64,000 nt of DNA from Patescibacteria group bacterium. GTDB lineage: Bacteria > Patescibacteriota > Minisyncoccia > UBA6257 > 2-01-FULL-56-20. The notes beneath the pieces are model-generated. The model had not been told where the DNA came from and did not search any database. It saw only the letters and a list, made by a program, of their open reading frames with translations. Positions 10,012-18,516 of the stretch are shown one piece after another. The first letter of the stretch is position 1; each line of letters opens with the position of its first letter. Location: the NCBI GenBank assembly GCA_018971305.1, contig JAGXBC010000004.1, forward strand, positions 4,028 through 68,027, written 5' to 3'. Made by a program: the position numbers and the translations under genes.

Positions 10012-11083
10012 ATATGGGGGTAATAATGGAAACAGCGATAAATCCGACTAGCGCTCCCATCACTATCATTAAAGCCGGCTCTATCGTGTTTGATAAATTT
10101 TTGGTTATCATATCAACCTCGTTCTCATAAAGTTCCGAAACGAAAAGCAGTGTGTCGCTCAGCGTGCCCGTAGTCTCGCCGACCGATACCATCTGCGTCA
10201 TAATCGGCGGGAAAATATTTTGATGCTTTGCGAGGTGTTTGGAGATTACTTCACCCCTCAAAAGATTTTCGGACATTGCCGTTATCTCCCTGCGATACAC
10301 CATATTCTTTACGGTACTCGCTGATATCTTCGTCGCCTCCACAATGGAAATCTGGCTTTTAAGAAGCAGGCCTAAAGTGCGGCAAAAATTGGCCATATAA
10401 TAACTTTGTATCAATCTGCCAAAAATAGGTGTTTTCAAAACCCAGCTGTCAACGAAGGTGCGAAATCCGGGAGTTCTGCGCAAAAAAATAAAAGCGACGA
10501 TAGCGGCGATAAATCCCAACAAGACATAGAAACCGAAGTTTATAAAAAATCCGCTTACGAATATCAATGTCTTGGTCGTAAAGGGAAGGTCAAACTTAAA
10601 ACTCGCAAATATCGGCAAAACTTTAGGGAAAATAAAAACTGTTAGAAGAACGCTGAGAGCAATCGTTGCTGCTACAACTATAACGGGGTAAACCATAGCT
10701 CCAACAACCTTGCGCCTCAATTCCTGCTTCTTTTTAAGCTCCTCGGCAAGATAGTTAAGGTTTGTCTCCAGGGTGCCGCTCATTTCTCCGATTCTTATAA
10801 CGTTCACCGCAAAATCCCCGAAAATATTCCCGAAAGACGCCAAACTGGAAGAAAGAAATTGTCCCCTCTCCACGTCGGATACTATCTTGGAATAAATTTT
10901 CGTCGCCGAAGCGGAACCGGGCTGGTTCTTCAACATACGCAAGCATTCCAATATCGGATTACCGGCTCTGATCAGGATGGAAAGGCGCTTGGCGAACATG
11001 ATCTTTTCCTGGATGGAAAGCCGGGTTAGAAAAGGAAGGTTTTTAAGAAATTTATTCATGAAGCATGCGAAGCACTTCGTCAA
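9983..11083 (-). CDS. pilC: Type IV pilus / T2SS platform protein, GspF/PilC family.
   Basis: Two T2SSF-like repeats with three TM regions. Typical position after pilB. Start may be an internal Met; overlaps the pilB 3' end. Confidence 0.85.
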   Translation of the reverse strand: MTKCFACFMNKFLKNLPFLTRLSIQEKIMFAKRLSILIRAGNPILECLRMLKNQPGSASATKIYSKIVSDVERGQFLSSSLASFGNIFGDFAVNVIRIGEMSGTLETNLNYLAEELKKKQELRRKVVGAMVYPVIVVAATIALSVLLTVFIFPKVLPIFASFKFDLPFTTKTLIFVSGFFINFGFYVLLGFIAAIVAFIFLRRTPGFRTFVDSWVLKTPIFGRLIQSYYMANFCRTLGLLLKSQISIVEATKISASTVKNMVYRREITAMSENLLRGEVISKHLAKHQNIFPPIMTQMVSVGETTGTLSDTLLFVSELYENEVDMITKNLSNTIEPALMIVMGALVGFIAVSIITPIYELTQYIHP

Positions 11084-12269
11084 AGGTGGTTATGCCGGCT
11101 CCGGCTTTTTTAACCGCGTCTTCTATCATCGGAACCATTCCCTGAGCTACGGCGATTTTCTGAATCTCATCGGCAGTTGCTTTGCGTAAAATGGCGTCGC
11201 GGATGGGACCATCTATTACTAAAACTTCCTGAACACCAATGCGCCCCTTATAACCGGTCTTGCCGCAATCGTCACAGCCCTTGCCGACAAAAAACTTTTT
11301 ATGAGCGCTGAGGGCATCTTTAGGAAGAACTTCGGCAAGGCCTTTTTGTTCGGCTTCGGTTACTTTTTTTTCTGTCTTGCAAGATTCGCATATCTTACGC
11401 ACCAATCGTTGGCCAATAGCCACGTTTACCGTTGAAGCTATTAGGTATGATTCTATTTTCATGTCCAGCAACCGAGGCAGGGTTGTGGCGGCGTCATTCG
11501 TATGAATGGTTGAAAGCAAAAGGTGGCCAGTAAGCGCCGTGTTTACGGCAACCCCAGCCGTTTCCGAATCTCTTATCTCGCCCACCATGATTATGTTCGG
11601 ATCTTGACGCAAAATTGAGCGGAGTCCGTTCGCGAAAGTTAAACCCGTGCGCGAGTTCGCCTGTATCTGGTTTATGCCTTTAATAGCATACTCCACCGGG
11701 TCTTCTATGGTAATTATGGAAACGCTTCTTTTGTTCAGAGTTCTGATGAGAGTATAAAGCGTAGTGGTTTTTCCCGAACCGGTCGGGCCCGTCGCAAGTA
11801 TCATACCGTAAGGCTTATGAACGGCATTCGTTATTTTCACGGCGTTCTCTTTGCTAAAGCCGAGCGCTTCCAAACTAAAATCTTCCGCCTGGTCAACGAG
11901 CAATCGCATCACGGAATTTTCTCCGTAAAAAGTAGGGACGACGGAAACGCGCACGTCTATGGCTTTATTATTTTCTTTCAAAAAATATCTGAAGCGGCCA
12001 TCCTGGGCGGACTGGTGCTCGTCGGTGCGCATGTGGGCAATTATTTTTATCCGGGACATAACCTCGGCATACATATCTTTGCCGAAAGAATGGATGTCCT
12101 GCAAAACTCCGTCGATGCGGAAACGTATCTGGATCTTGTCGTCTTCCGGATCCAGATGCACGTCCGAAGCCCGTAAGTGGTAGGCGTCTTCAATAAGACA
12201 ATTTACGAAACTGATTATAGAAATATTAGCTCCTTGTTTGAGCTCTTTTTCGAGATGTGTGGCTATCAT
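11052..12269 (-). CDS. pilB: Type IV pilus assembly ATPase, GspE/PilB family (short form without N-terminal domains).
   Basis: Walker A ILATGPTGSGKTTTLY, Asp box, Walker B and tetracysteine (CESC...CDDC) motifs. Confidence 0.9.
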   Translation of the reverse strand: MIATHLEKELKQGANISIISFVNCLIEDAYHLRASDVHLDPEDDKIQIRFRIDGVLQDIHSFGKDMYAEVMSRIKIIAHMRTDEHQSAQDGRFRYFLKENNKAIDVRVSVVPTFYGENSVMRLLVDQAEDFSLEALGFSKENAVKITNAVHKPYGMILATGPTGSGKTTTLYTLIRTLNKRSVSIITIEDPVEYAIKGINQIQANSRTGLTFANGLRSILRQDPNIIMVGEIRDSETAGVAVNTALTGHLLLSTIHTNDAATTLPRLLDMKIESYLIASTVNVAIGQRLVRKICESCKTEKKVTEAEQKGLAEVLPKDALSAHKKFFVGKGCDDCGKTGYKGRIGVQEVLVIDGPIRDAILRKATADEIQKIAVAQGMVPMIEDAVKKAGAGITTFDEVLRMLHE

Positions 12270-12314
12270 TTATTAGGATGAATCTAAAAATTATACTATA
12301 GCCGGAATAACCGT

Positions 12315-13346
12315 CTACAATATCTTTATCGCGGCAGTCGCTAAATACTGATTGAAAAGAAATACTCCGCCGACAAGAAGAAGGATAAGCAGTCCATTCA
12401 TAATCAGCTGGGCGTGCTGAATACGCACTTTAACGAAAATATTTAGTGCTAAAGCGAGTATGGTGAGTAATCCCACTGCATAAAAAACGTAGTTGGCTGT
12501 TGCCCTCGGAGACGCAACGAGCGCAGCCATGCCGCCGTCTTGAAGCGGAACGATTGGCTCCTCAACCGAATTATTGGCTACACCTGCGACAATCGGAGAA
12601 GATGTAACGGAAGAAGTTTCTTCACCTTTCACGGCGACGAAAGTTTCTGATCCGGAAGTACCCGTGGATGTCGTCTCTGCGGTGACTATCGGTTTTTGCG
12701 GCAACTGTTCAGCCGCGGATGCCGTAGGCACGCCCGGCAAAGACGGCGATGAAACGCGCGCTATAGAGTTGGGCTTGCCGAACATTTCCACGACAAAAGT
12801 TGCCTGATGGCCTTCGTAGATACCTTGGGACGTAGCAATGCCTATTTCAGTAAAATTTCCGTTAAGAATATTTTCTTTATGCGTGGGCGAATTCATCCAG
12901 GCGTTGGTCACATCGCTGGAGTCAACAAAATTAACCGCGAGGTTTTCTCCGGCATAAGCAAAGCGATATCCCACTTGCTGCATCCAATACCAGGGCGTAA
13001 GTCCCTCGGGGCTCGTGTGAGCGAAATATCCTTTGGCTGCCATATCCTGGGCCTTTTCCATGGCCGCGACTTCCAAAAGAGCGTTCGGTCTCAACGGGGA
13101 AAGATCGTATAACTGTCTATTGGCATTAGTTTCGTCCACGAGAACATTGGGAATTACAAAGGCAAAAAATTTGCTGTGCGGCAGAACTACAAACGCCTGT
13201 AAAAGAAAGAGCACCTCAACACCTACAAGAATAGTGGCGAGAAAAAGAACGGACTCATTGCGCAAAAGATGCGGCTGATGGTCGTTTTCCTCCTGCGGAA
13301 TGAAATATTTTGTGAGCCAGTTCTTCATAAGGTTAAAGTATAGCAT
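12315..13346 (-). CDS. CAP (SCP/PR-1-like) domain protein with TM segments at both ends and a Ser/Thr-rich linker.
   Basis: GYFAHTSPEG...NAWMNSPTHKENIL resembles the CAP-domain HNxxR-type signature region. Confidence 0.65.
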   Translation of the reverse strand: MLYFNLMKNWLTKYFIPQEENDHQPHLLRNESVLFLATILVGVEVLFLLQAFVVLPHSKFFAFVIPNVLVDETNANRQLYDLSPLRPNALLEVAAMEKAQDMAAKGYFAHTSPEGLTPWYWMQQVGYRFAYAGENLAVNFVDSSDVTNAWMNSPTHKENILNGNFTEIGIATSQGIYEGHQATFVVEMFGKPNSIARVSSPSLPGVPTASAAEQLPQKPIVTAETTSTGTSGSETFVAVKGEETSSVTSSPIVAGVANNSVEEPIVPLQDGGMAALVASPRATANYVFYAVGLLTILALALNIFVKVRIQHAQLIMNGLLILLLVGGVFLFNQYLATAAIKIL

Positions 13347-13373
13347 AGTAATTATACCACTATATCAATAAAA

Positions 13374-13408
13374 AAGCAAGTCCATTAGAGGGCTTGCTTT
13401 CATTGAGT
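13374..13408 (-). terminator. Intrinsic terminator downstream of the giant surface-protein gene.
   Basis: Minus strand: aagcaag-loop-cttgctt followed by TTTTTTATT. Confidence 0.5.
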
Positions 13409-13573
13409 CTTATGCATTTATAGTTTTACCAAAATGGCGCAGAGCCTGTTTCTGGAGAAGCTTTCGGAGCCCCGACGGGCCTGGTCTCGAAGAGCCGTCG
13501 GGGCGAGAAGCAGCGGGGAATTTTCGCTGGAAAAATTCAACCGCGGTTCTCCAAAACAGTGCACAAGCCACAC

Positions 13574-16500
13574 TTATGGAAGCTGGGGCATCGGGATATC
13601 AAGAGTAGAACATCCGAGAAGATTTACCCATCTCTTTGTCGTCTTATAGACATATCCGGTCGGAGTCTGGGCGTTCGGTAATCCGTAGGCAACCCAAGGA
13701 ACAAGAATATCCGTTGCATATTTCAATTGGAACTGTTTCACTGCTTCTCTCGTCTGCTTTCCGAAGAAACCGGTTATCGGCAAATTAATTCCGAGCTCCT
13801 GATTAAGGAATGCCTGCAGAACTTTTACATCATCAACATTGTTCTTGGCACCATACTTCATATAAGAACCAATTGTGTAACCGCAGGAAGTGCTTGCACC
13901 GAGAACTTCACCGGTAGTGCTCGCTCCTAAAACCGCTCCGCCGCCACCACCTCCGCCAACTAAGCCACCACCGCCACCAGGGTTACCTCCTCCGCCAACT
14001 CCAACCGTACCTCCTCCACCACCTCCGCCACCGCCACCCGTGTTAGTATTGCTGTTCTGGACAGTGAAAGATATGGAGGGTGAATTATTGGAGGAATCAT
14101 CGGTCAGAGAACCAAGCTCACTTCCTGTAGCCGTGTTCGTAATCGTCTGACCCGATGTATTAGACCCAACGACTACCGTAAGGGTCATTGTCGCGGATGT
14201 ACCAGGGCTAAGATCGCCAACGTTCCAATCCAACGTACCACCGTTCACAATACTGCCTTGCGAAGATGTGGCACTGGAAAGAGTAATACCGCTCGGCAAT
14301 AAATCGTGGATAACTATATAGGTTGAGGTCGCGGGACCGAGGGCAGTCGCCGTAATTGTGTAGTGTATAGTATCACCGGCAGCCGGATTGAAATTATCAA
14401 CTGTCTTCTCAACCTTCAAATCGGCAACAGTTCCTCCGCTACCTCCGCCGCTCGTCTGGACACTGGTTCCCGGAGCGGTAGATGAGTTATTTCCCGAATT
14501 AGGGTCATTTACGCCGGAAGATTCCGTAACCGTTGCTGAATTAGTTATAGTGTTTCCTCCCTGGCCGACATTAACCGTAGCCGCAATCGTAAGCGTTGAG
14601 CTAGAACCCGCAGACATATCCCCTATTGTCCAAACGCCAGTTGAAGTGGAATAACTGCCAACCGAAGGCGTAGCGGAAACAAAGGTCAATCCCGCAGGAA
14701 GGACGTCTGTTGCCTCAACCGCCGTTGAAGTAGACGGGCCCAGAGCCGAAACAGTTAGTGTATACGTAAGAGTTCCGCCTTCCGTAGTGCTCGTAGAGTC
14801 AACAGTCTTGTCTATTGAAACATCGGCATCCGGAGTTCCACCTCCGCCGCCTCCACCTCCGCCGCCAGAAAGATCGAACTGGGCATTAACGGTAGTATCT
14901 GAATTCATAATAACGTCGCAAGTGGTGGAAGTGCTGCCGGCGCAGGCACCACCGGACCAGCTTACAAATACGGAGCCCGCATCAGCAACCGCAGTAAGAG
15001 TGGTCGTGGAATTGGTCGGGTAAAATACCGGACCGCAACCAGTACCGCAATTAATAAGCCAGCCGTCGGTAACTGTTCCTGTGCCGGTGCCGGACTTCGT
15101 GACAGTTAAGGTATGAGTGGTGTGAACCGGGGGCACAAGAGTGAATTCGGCGTTCACGGTCATATCCGAATTTAAGGTAACGTCGCAGGTGGTGGAGGTA
15201 CTTCCGGCGCAGGCATCACCGGACCAACCGGTGAATGTTGAACTGGCGTCGGGGGAGGCAGTAAGAGTTGTCACAGACCCGGTTGAGTAAAAAACACTGC
15301 AGGTCGTACCACAGTTTATTAACCAACCGTCGGAGACCGTTCCGGTTCCTGTTCCCGATTTGGTTACGGTAAGGGTATTGGTAGTATGGGTAATCGGATT
15401 AGCGGCAAAAGTTACGGCAATCGTATGATCAGTAATAACTCCGGTAAATGTGTAGCTCGTAGATGTGGCAACAGAAGAACTGTCGACTGTAAGGGTGTCA
15501 ATATGATAACCGCCATTCGGGGTAAATGTGAATGTTTGATCAGAGCCGTCGTTCACGATAACCGTACCAGAAGGAGAAATGGAACCGTTAGCGCTGGAAG
15601 TTGCATTTATCGTATGGGTCAAGACGAACTCTGCGCTCACGGAAAGATTAGATGTCATCGTAAGGTCGCAGGTTGGCGAAGAACCGGCACTAGAGCAGTC
15701 GCCTCCCCAGCCGATAAACGTGGAACCGGTAGCCGCAGTAGCAGTCAAGGTAGTAGTAGTATTGGGCTGATAGAAAACCTCACATCTATTATGGCCATTT
15801 CCGCAGTTCAACCAACCATCGGTGATATTACCGATACCGTTGCCGGTAGTCGTAGCGGTGAGAGAATACGTGATAACTGGAGCCGAATTTACAAATAACG
15901 TATAGGCCCGAGAAGTAGATGTCGCTGTGTCAGATACTCCAACAGTAAAGTTGTAAGTGCCAGCCGTTGTCGGTGTTCCAGAAATCGTAGTCGTAGAACC
16001 GGTTGCAGAGGTATCAAGCGTTAATCCTGCCGGCAACGTTCCCGAAGATAAATTCCAAGCGAACGGGTGTCCGTTGGTTCCTGAAACGGTGATTGTTTGA
16101 GAGTAAGCTGTTCCCGATGTCGCGTTCGGTAAAGACGCAGGAGATATAGAAATGGGTTGAATTGGAATGGTGATATTTGCAGAAAATGTTGAAGCTGCGG
16201 AACCTTCTGCACCATTAAAGTTTGCGTGATAAACTTTCACGCAAATAGCATATGTTCCCGGCGTAGAAAATGGGTGAGAGGTACTCCACGTAGCATTAGT
16301 GAATGTACCATTGTTATGTCCGTCTGGTCCACCACTCCCACCTGTAAATACTATAGAACTAAAATTAAATTGCGTTGAGCTAGATGCGTTACATGCTCCC
16401 GTCCAATCCACACCCATGTGTTGATCACTACTCTGCCCAGTATATGGATTTCCGGTCGCGGTACCAGAAAGGTTAACCGTTAATCCGGTAATGGTATAAG

Positions 16501-16627
16501 AACCAGAGATAGAATAACTACTAGCCGCCATCGCTGTTGGCACAGTAACCGCACCGACGCCAAAAAACATCGCTACTGTAAAAAGCGATATACCAACAAT
16601 TCCGACTTTAATTAATTTATTTTTCAT
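13574..16627 (-). CDS. Giant secreted surface protein (1017 aa). N-terminal putative-Ig domain, three divergent InlB B-repeat-like domains, two DUF11/CARDB-like repeats, poly-Gly tracts, and a C-terminal peptidoglycan-binding (PG_binding_1) domain.
   Basis: Signal peptide. Thrice-repeated GTGTV.DGWLNCG...C...F segments. ATDVLPAGLTFVSAT...TLTIAATV (DUF11-like). C-terminal GAKNNVDDVKVLQAFLNQELG...GFFGKQTREAVKQFQ (PG-binding). The (GGN)n codon runs encode G10-G12 tracts. Confidence 0.75.
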   Translation of the reverse strand: MKNKLIKVGIVGISLFTVAMFFGVGAVTVPTAMAASSYSISGSYTITGLTVNLSGTATGNPYTGQSSDQHMGVDWTGACNASSSTQFNFSSIVFTGGSGGPDGHNNGTFTNATWSTSHPFSTPGTYAICVKVYHANFNGAEGSAASTFSANITIPIQPISISPASLPNATSGTAYSQTITVSGTNGHPFAWNLSSGTLPAGLTLDTSATGSTTTISGTPTTAGTYNFTVGVSDTATSTSRAYTLFVNSAPVITYSLTATTTGNGIGNITDGWLNCGNGHNRCEVFYQPNTTTTLTATAATGSTFIGWGGDCSSAGSSPTCDLTMTSNLSVSAEFVLTHTINATSSANGSISPSGTVIVNDGSDQTFTFTPNGGYHIDTLTVDSSSVATSTSYTFTGVITDHTIAVTFAANPITHTTNTLTVTKSGTGTGTVSDGWLINCGTTCSVFYSTGSVTTLTASPDASSTFTGWSGDACAGSTSTTCDVTLNSDMTVNAEFTLVPPVHTTHTLTVTKSGTGTGTVTDGWLINCGTGCGPVFYPTNSTTTLTAVADAGSVFVSWSGGACAGSTSTTCDVIMNSDTTVNAQFDLSGGGGGGGGGGTPDADVSIDKTVDSTSTTEGGTLTYTLTVSALGPSTSTAVEATDVLPAGLTFVSATPSVGSYSTSTGVWTIGDMSAGSSSTLTIAATVNVGQGGNTITNSATVTESSGVNDPNSGNNSSTAPGTSVQTSGGGSGGTVADLKVEKTVDNFNPAAGDTIHYTITATALGPATSTYIVIHDLLPSGITLSSATSSQGSIVNGGTLDWNVGDLSPGTSATMTLTVVVGSNTSGQTITNTATGSELGSLTDDSSNNSPSISFTVQNSNTNTGGGGGGGGGGTVGVGGGGNPGGGGGLVGGGGGGGAVLGASTTGEVLGASTSCGYTIGSYMKYGAKNNVDDVKVLQAFLNQELGINLPITGFFGKQTREAVKQFQLKYATDILVPWVAYGLPNAQTPTGYVYKTTKRWVNLLGCSTLDIPMPQLP

Positions 16628-16899
16628 ATTTTTTATTATTTTATTATTTTTTATGACTTTTTTATTTTTATCCGCCGGATTATTGTGAGAGCCGGCGAAT
16701 CTTGTACAAATTTATTTGTTTAATATTAACTTATTCGAATCTCTCTGCAAGCAATACTGTATAAACTCTGTGTTATGTTGAAAATAGCTGTTTTTATTGG
16801 CCATTCCTCGACCATCTTTATTACGCTCTATATTACACATAATATGCATAAAAGTCAAGTTGGCGATTTCAACGCTAAACCTAGAGTTAGAACGGTTTT

Positions 16900-16935
16900 C
16901 TGGGTAAAAAAAGAGGGCTAGAATTTCTAGCCCCA
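16900..16935 (-). terminator. Intrinsic terminator downstream of the PEP-CTERM gene pair.
   Basis: gggctagaa-ttt-ctagcccc hairpin followed by ctcttttttt on the minus strand. Confidence 0.6.
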
Positions 16936-16956
16936 AATGGTTGCTCCCGTTGCAAC

Positions 16957-17673
16957 CTAATTTTTACGGGATGGTTTCAGTTTTCGCCTGGCAAATCCGA
17001 TCACCGGAATAATTCCGGTGCCGAAAAGCATAATGCTCGTCGGTTCGGGAGTAGAAGTTGGCGGGCTGTATGTACCAGCCACATCCCCCGTTGTGCAAGC
17101 ACCTTGGCAATCCGGGTTCCCGATATTGACATGAGCCGACGCATCCCAACCTTTGTCGTTGAGCGCGAGTACGCTCGCGGCATCAGCGAATGATCCGCTG
17201 GTTGGGGTCAGTAATGCCGACCAGGAAGTTACGGAGTTCGTAAAACCATCGAAGGCATCAACTGTGTTATTGAACACACCGAAGCCGTCAACGGTTCCCG
17301 AACCGCCCAGAGAAAAAGCCGTGTGGCTTCCCCCGCCGGTGTAAGTTATGTTACTAATGGTCACCGGAAGCGACGTATTGAAGTCGACTGCCTGGGCACT
17401 GCCAAGCAGATAAATATACCCGTCGCTGGTTAAACTGGTGAAAGTGATTGTTGCGTCACCTCCGCCGCTCGGAACCGATATGGTTACCCCTACGTACGGC
17501 CCGGTTCCGTAACCAGGCACGTTCGTTGCTGTGAGGTCAAAGGTAATGGAATCCGCTCTCGCCTGGATAGCCGCGAATAACAATACGGCAAACATGGTAA
17601 GGGCGAACGCCGCTGTACTACGGTGTTTTTTCTTCATATCTTGCCTTTCCTCCCTTTGATTGGATTTATTCAA
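16957..17673 (-). CDS. PEP-CTERM sorting-domain secreted protein.
   Basis: Signal peptide, then the C-terminal TPEPTSIMLFGTGIIPVIGFARRKL: PEP motif, TM helix and basic cluster. Confidence 0.7.
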   Translation of the reverse strand: MNKSNQREERQDMKKKHRSTAAFALTMFAVLLFAAIQARADSITFDLTATNVPGYGTGPYVGVTISVPSGGGDATITFTSLTSDGYIYLLGSAQAVDFNTSLPVTISNITYTGGGSHTAFSLGGSGTVDGFGVFNNTVDAFDGFTNSVTSWSALLTPTSGSFADAASVLALNDKGWDASAHVNIGNPDCQGACTTGDVAGTYSPPTSTPEPTSIMLFGTGIIPVIGFARRKLKPSRKN

Positions 17674-18233
17674 GATATCAACCTCCTGCGCAGGAACCCG
17701 GCCATCCCTAGAAGGCCGGTGCCGAACAGGGCCAAACTCGCTGGTTCAGGAACTGCTGTGATAGTAGCATCACCGCTTGTTGCAATCCCCCCGGAAGTCA
17801 GTGATATCACAAAAGTCTGGCCAGTCCCGGCGGAATTTCCAAAGTATGTTTGGAAATCACCGGCTGGAAGAGACCAGAAAGTGTTGAAGGATAGGCCCAC
17901 CGTCGACCCGAAAGAACTCGCGTTGAAGCTGTCGATGGTTCCCGAAATAACAGTAGACCCGTCTGTGAGAGATGCAGTTCCAGCAGCGGTATCGAAAACC
18001 AGAAGAAAGTGCTGGTTCAGGAATGCCGCAGGGCCCTGGTCCATAATCATAGTAAGGCCGGTTGTGGAGTAGTTGCTCCCCGAAGTGAGGACGGTACCAC
18101 TGCAATCCGCAGATGAAGCCGGGGCCGTGCAATAAAAGTCAGCCACCGAATCCGCCTTCGCCGCTGGTGCCGCCAGCACGGAAAACACAGGAACTAACAA
18201 AGCCAAAACCAGCGCAATCTTCTTCATATTCAT
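17670..18233 (-). CDS. PEP-CTERM sorting-domain secreted protein.
   Basis: Signal peptide, then the C-terminal AVPEPASLALFGTGLLGMAGFLRRR, a canonical PEP-CTERM. 4-nt overlap with the downstream paralogous-type gene. Confidence 0.75.
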   Translation of the reverse strand: MNMKKIALVLALLVPVFSVLAAPAAKADSVADFYCTAPASSADCSGTVLTSGSNYSTTGLTMIMDQGPAAFLNQHFLLVFDTAAGTASLTDGSTVISGTIDSFNASSFGSTVGLSFNTFWSLPAGDFQTYFGNSAGTGQTFVISLTSGGIATSGDATITAVPEPASLALFGTGLLGMAGFLRRRLIS

Positions 18234-18472
18234 ATTTCAAAGACCTCCACCTAGAATTCCTAAGACACATCTATACTTGCGTATTTGGTGTGCCCAAGGT
18301 AATTGGCATGCTAACATTTATACTATATAAATGTCAAGAGGTTATTGGCGCCTGCAAAATAAGCAGATAATGATCTATTACAATATTTCGGGAAAGGAAA
18401 AATAAAAGCGGCACAATTATACTCGGCAGAAAGGAGAAAATAAAAAAATGCGCTTGTTTATTTTCTCCGAGC

Positions 18473-18492
18473 CCTGCCTGCCGGCAGGCAGG
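18473..18492. repeat. Perfect 20-bp GC palindrome (REP-like hairpin) downstream of the ABC exporter.
   Basis: cctgcctgcc|ggcaggcagg. Related CCTGC..GCAGG hairpins at about 42646 and about 46125. Confidence 0.5.
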
Positions 18493-18516
18493 AAACCAAT
18501 TTTATAAACGAAGCGA

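Noticed and set aside
13890-14150. Poly-Pro + strand ORFs (13890..14150, 14388..14654, 14787..15023) inside the giant surface-protein gene.
   Set aside because: They are reverse-complement readings of (GGN)n Gly-codon runs (CCN gives Pro), nested entirely within a strongly supported minus-strand CDS.
13930-16000. CRISPR-like or tandem DNA repeats.
   Set aside because: The only tandem repeats are GGN codon runs inside a CDS. No direct-repeat/spacer periodicity and no cas genes were seen, so no CRISPR array.
16628-16956. 74-aa minus ORF 16712..16936 in the AT-rich region upstream of the giant surface-protein gene.
   Set aside because: It lies in an AT-rich promoter/UP-element-like region between a terminator and a gene start. 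There is no SD and the composition is atypical.
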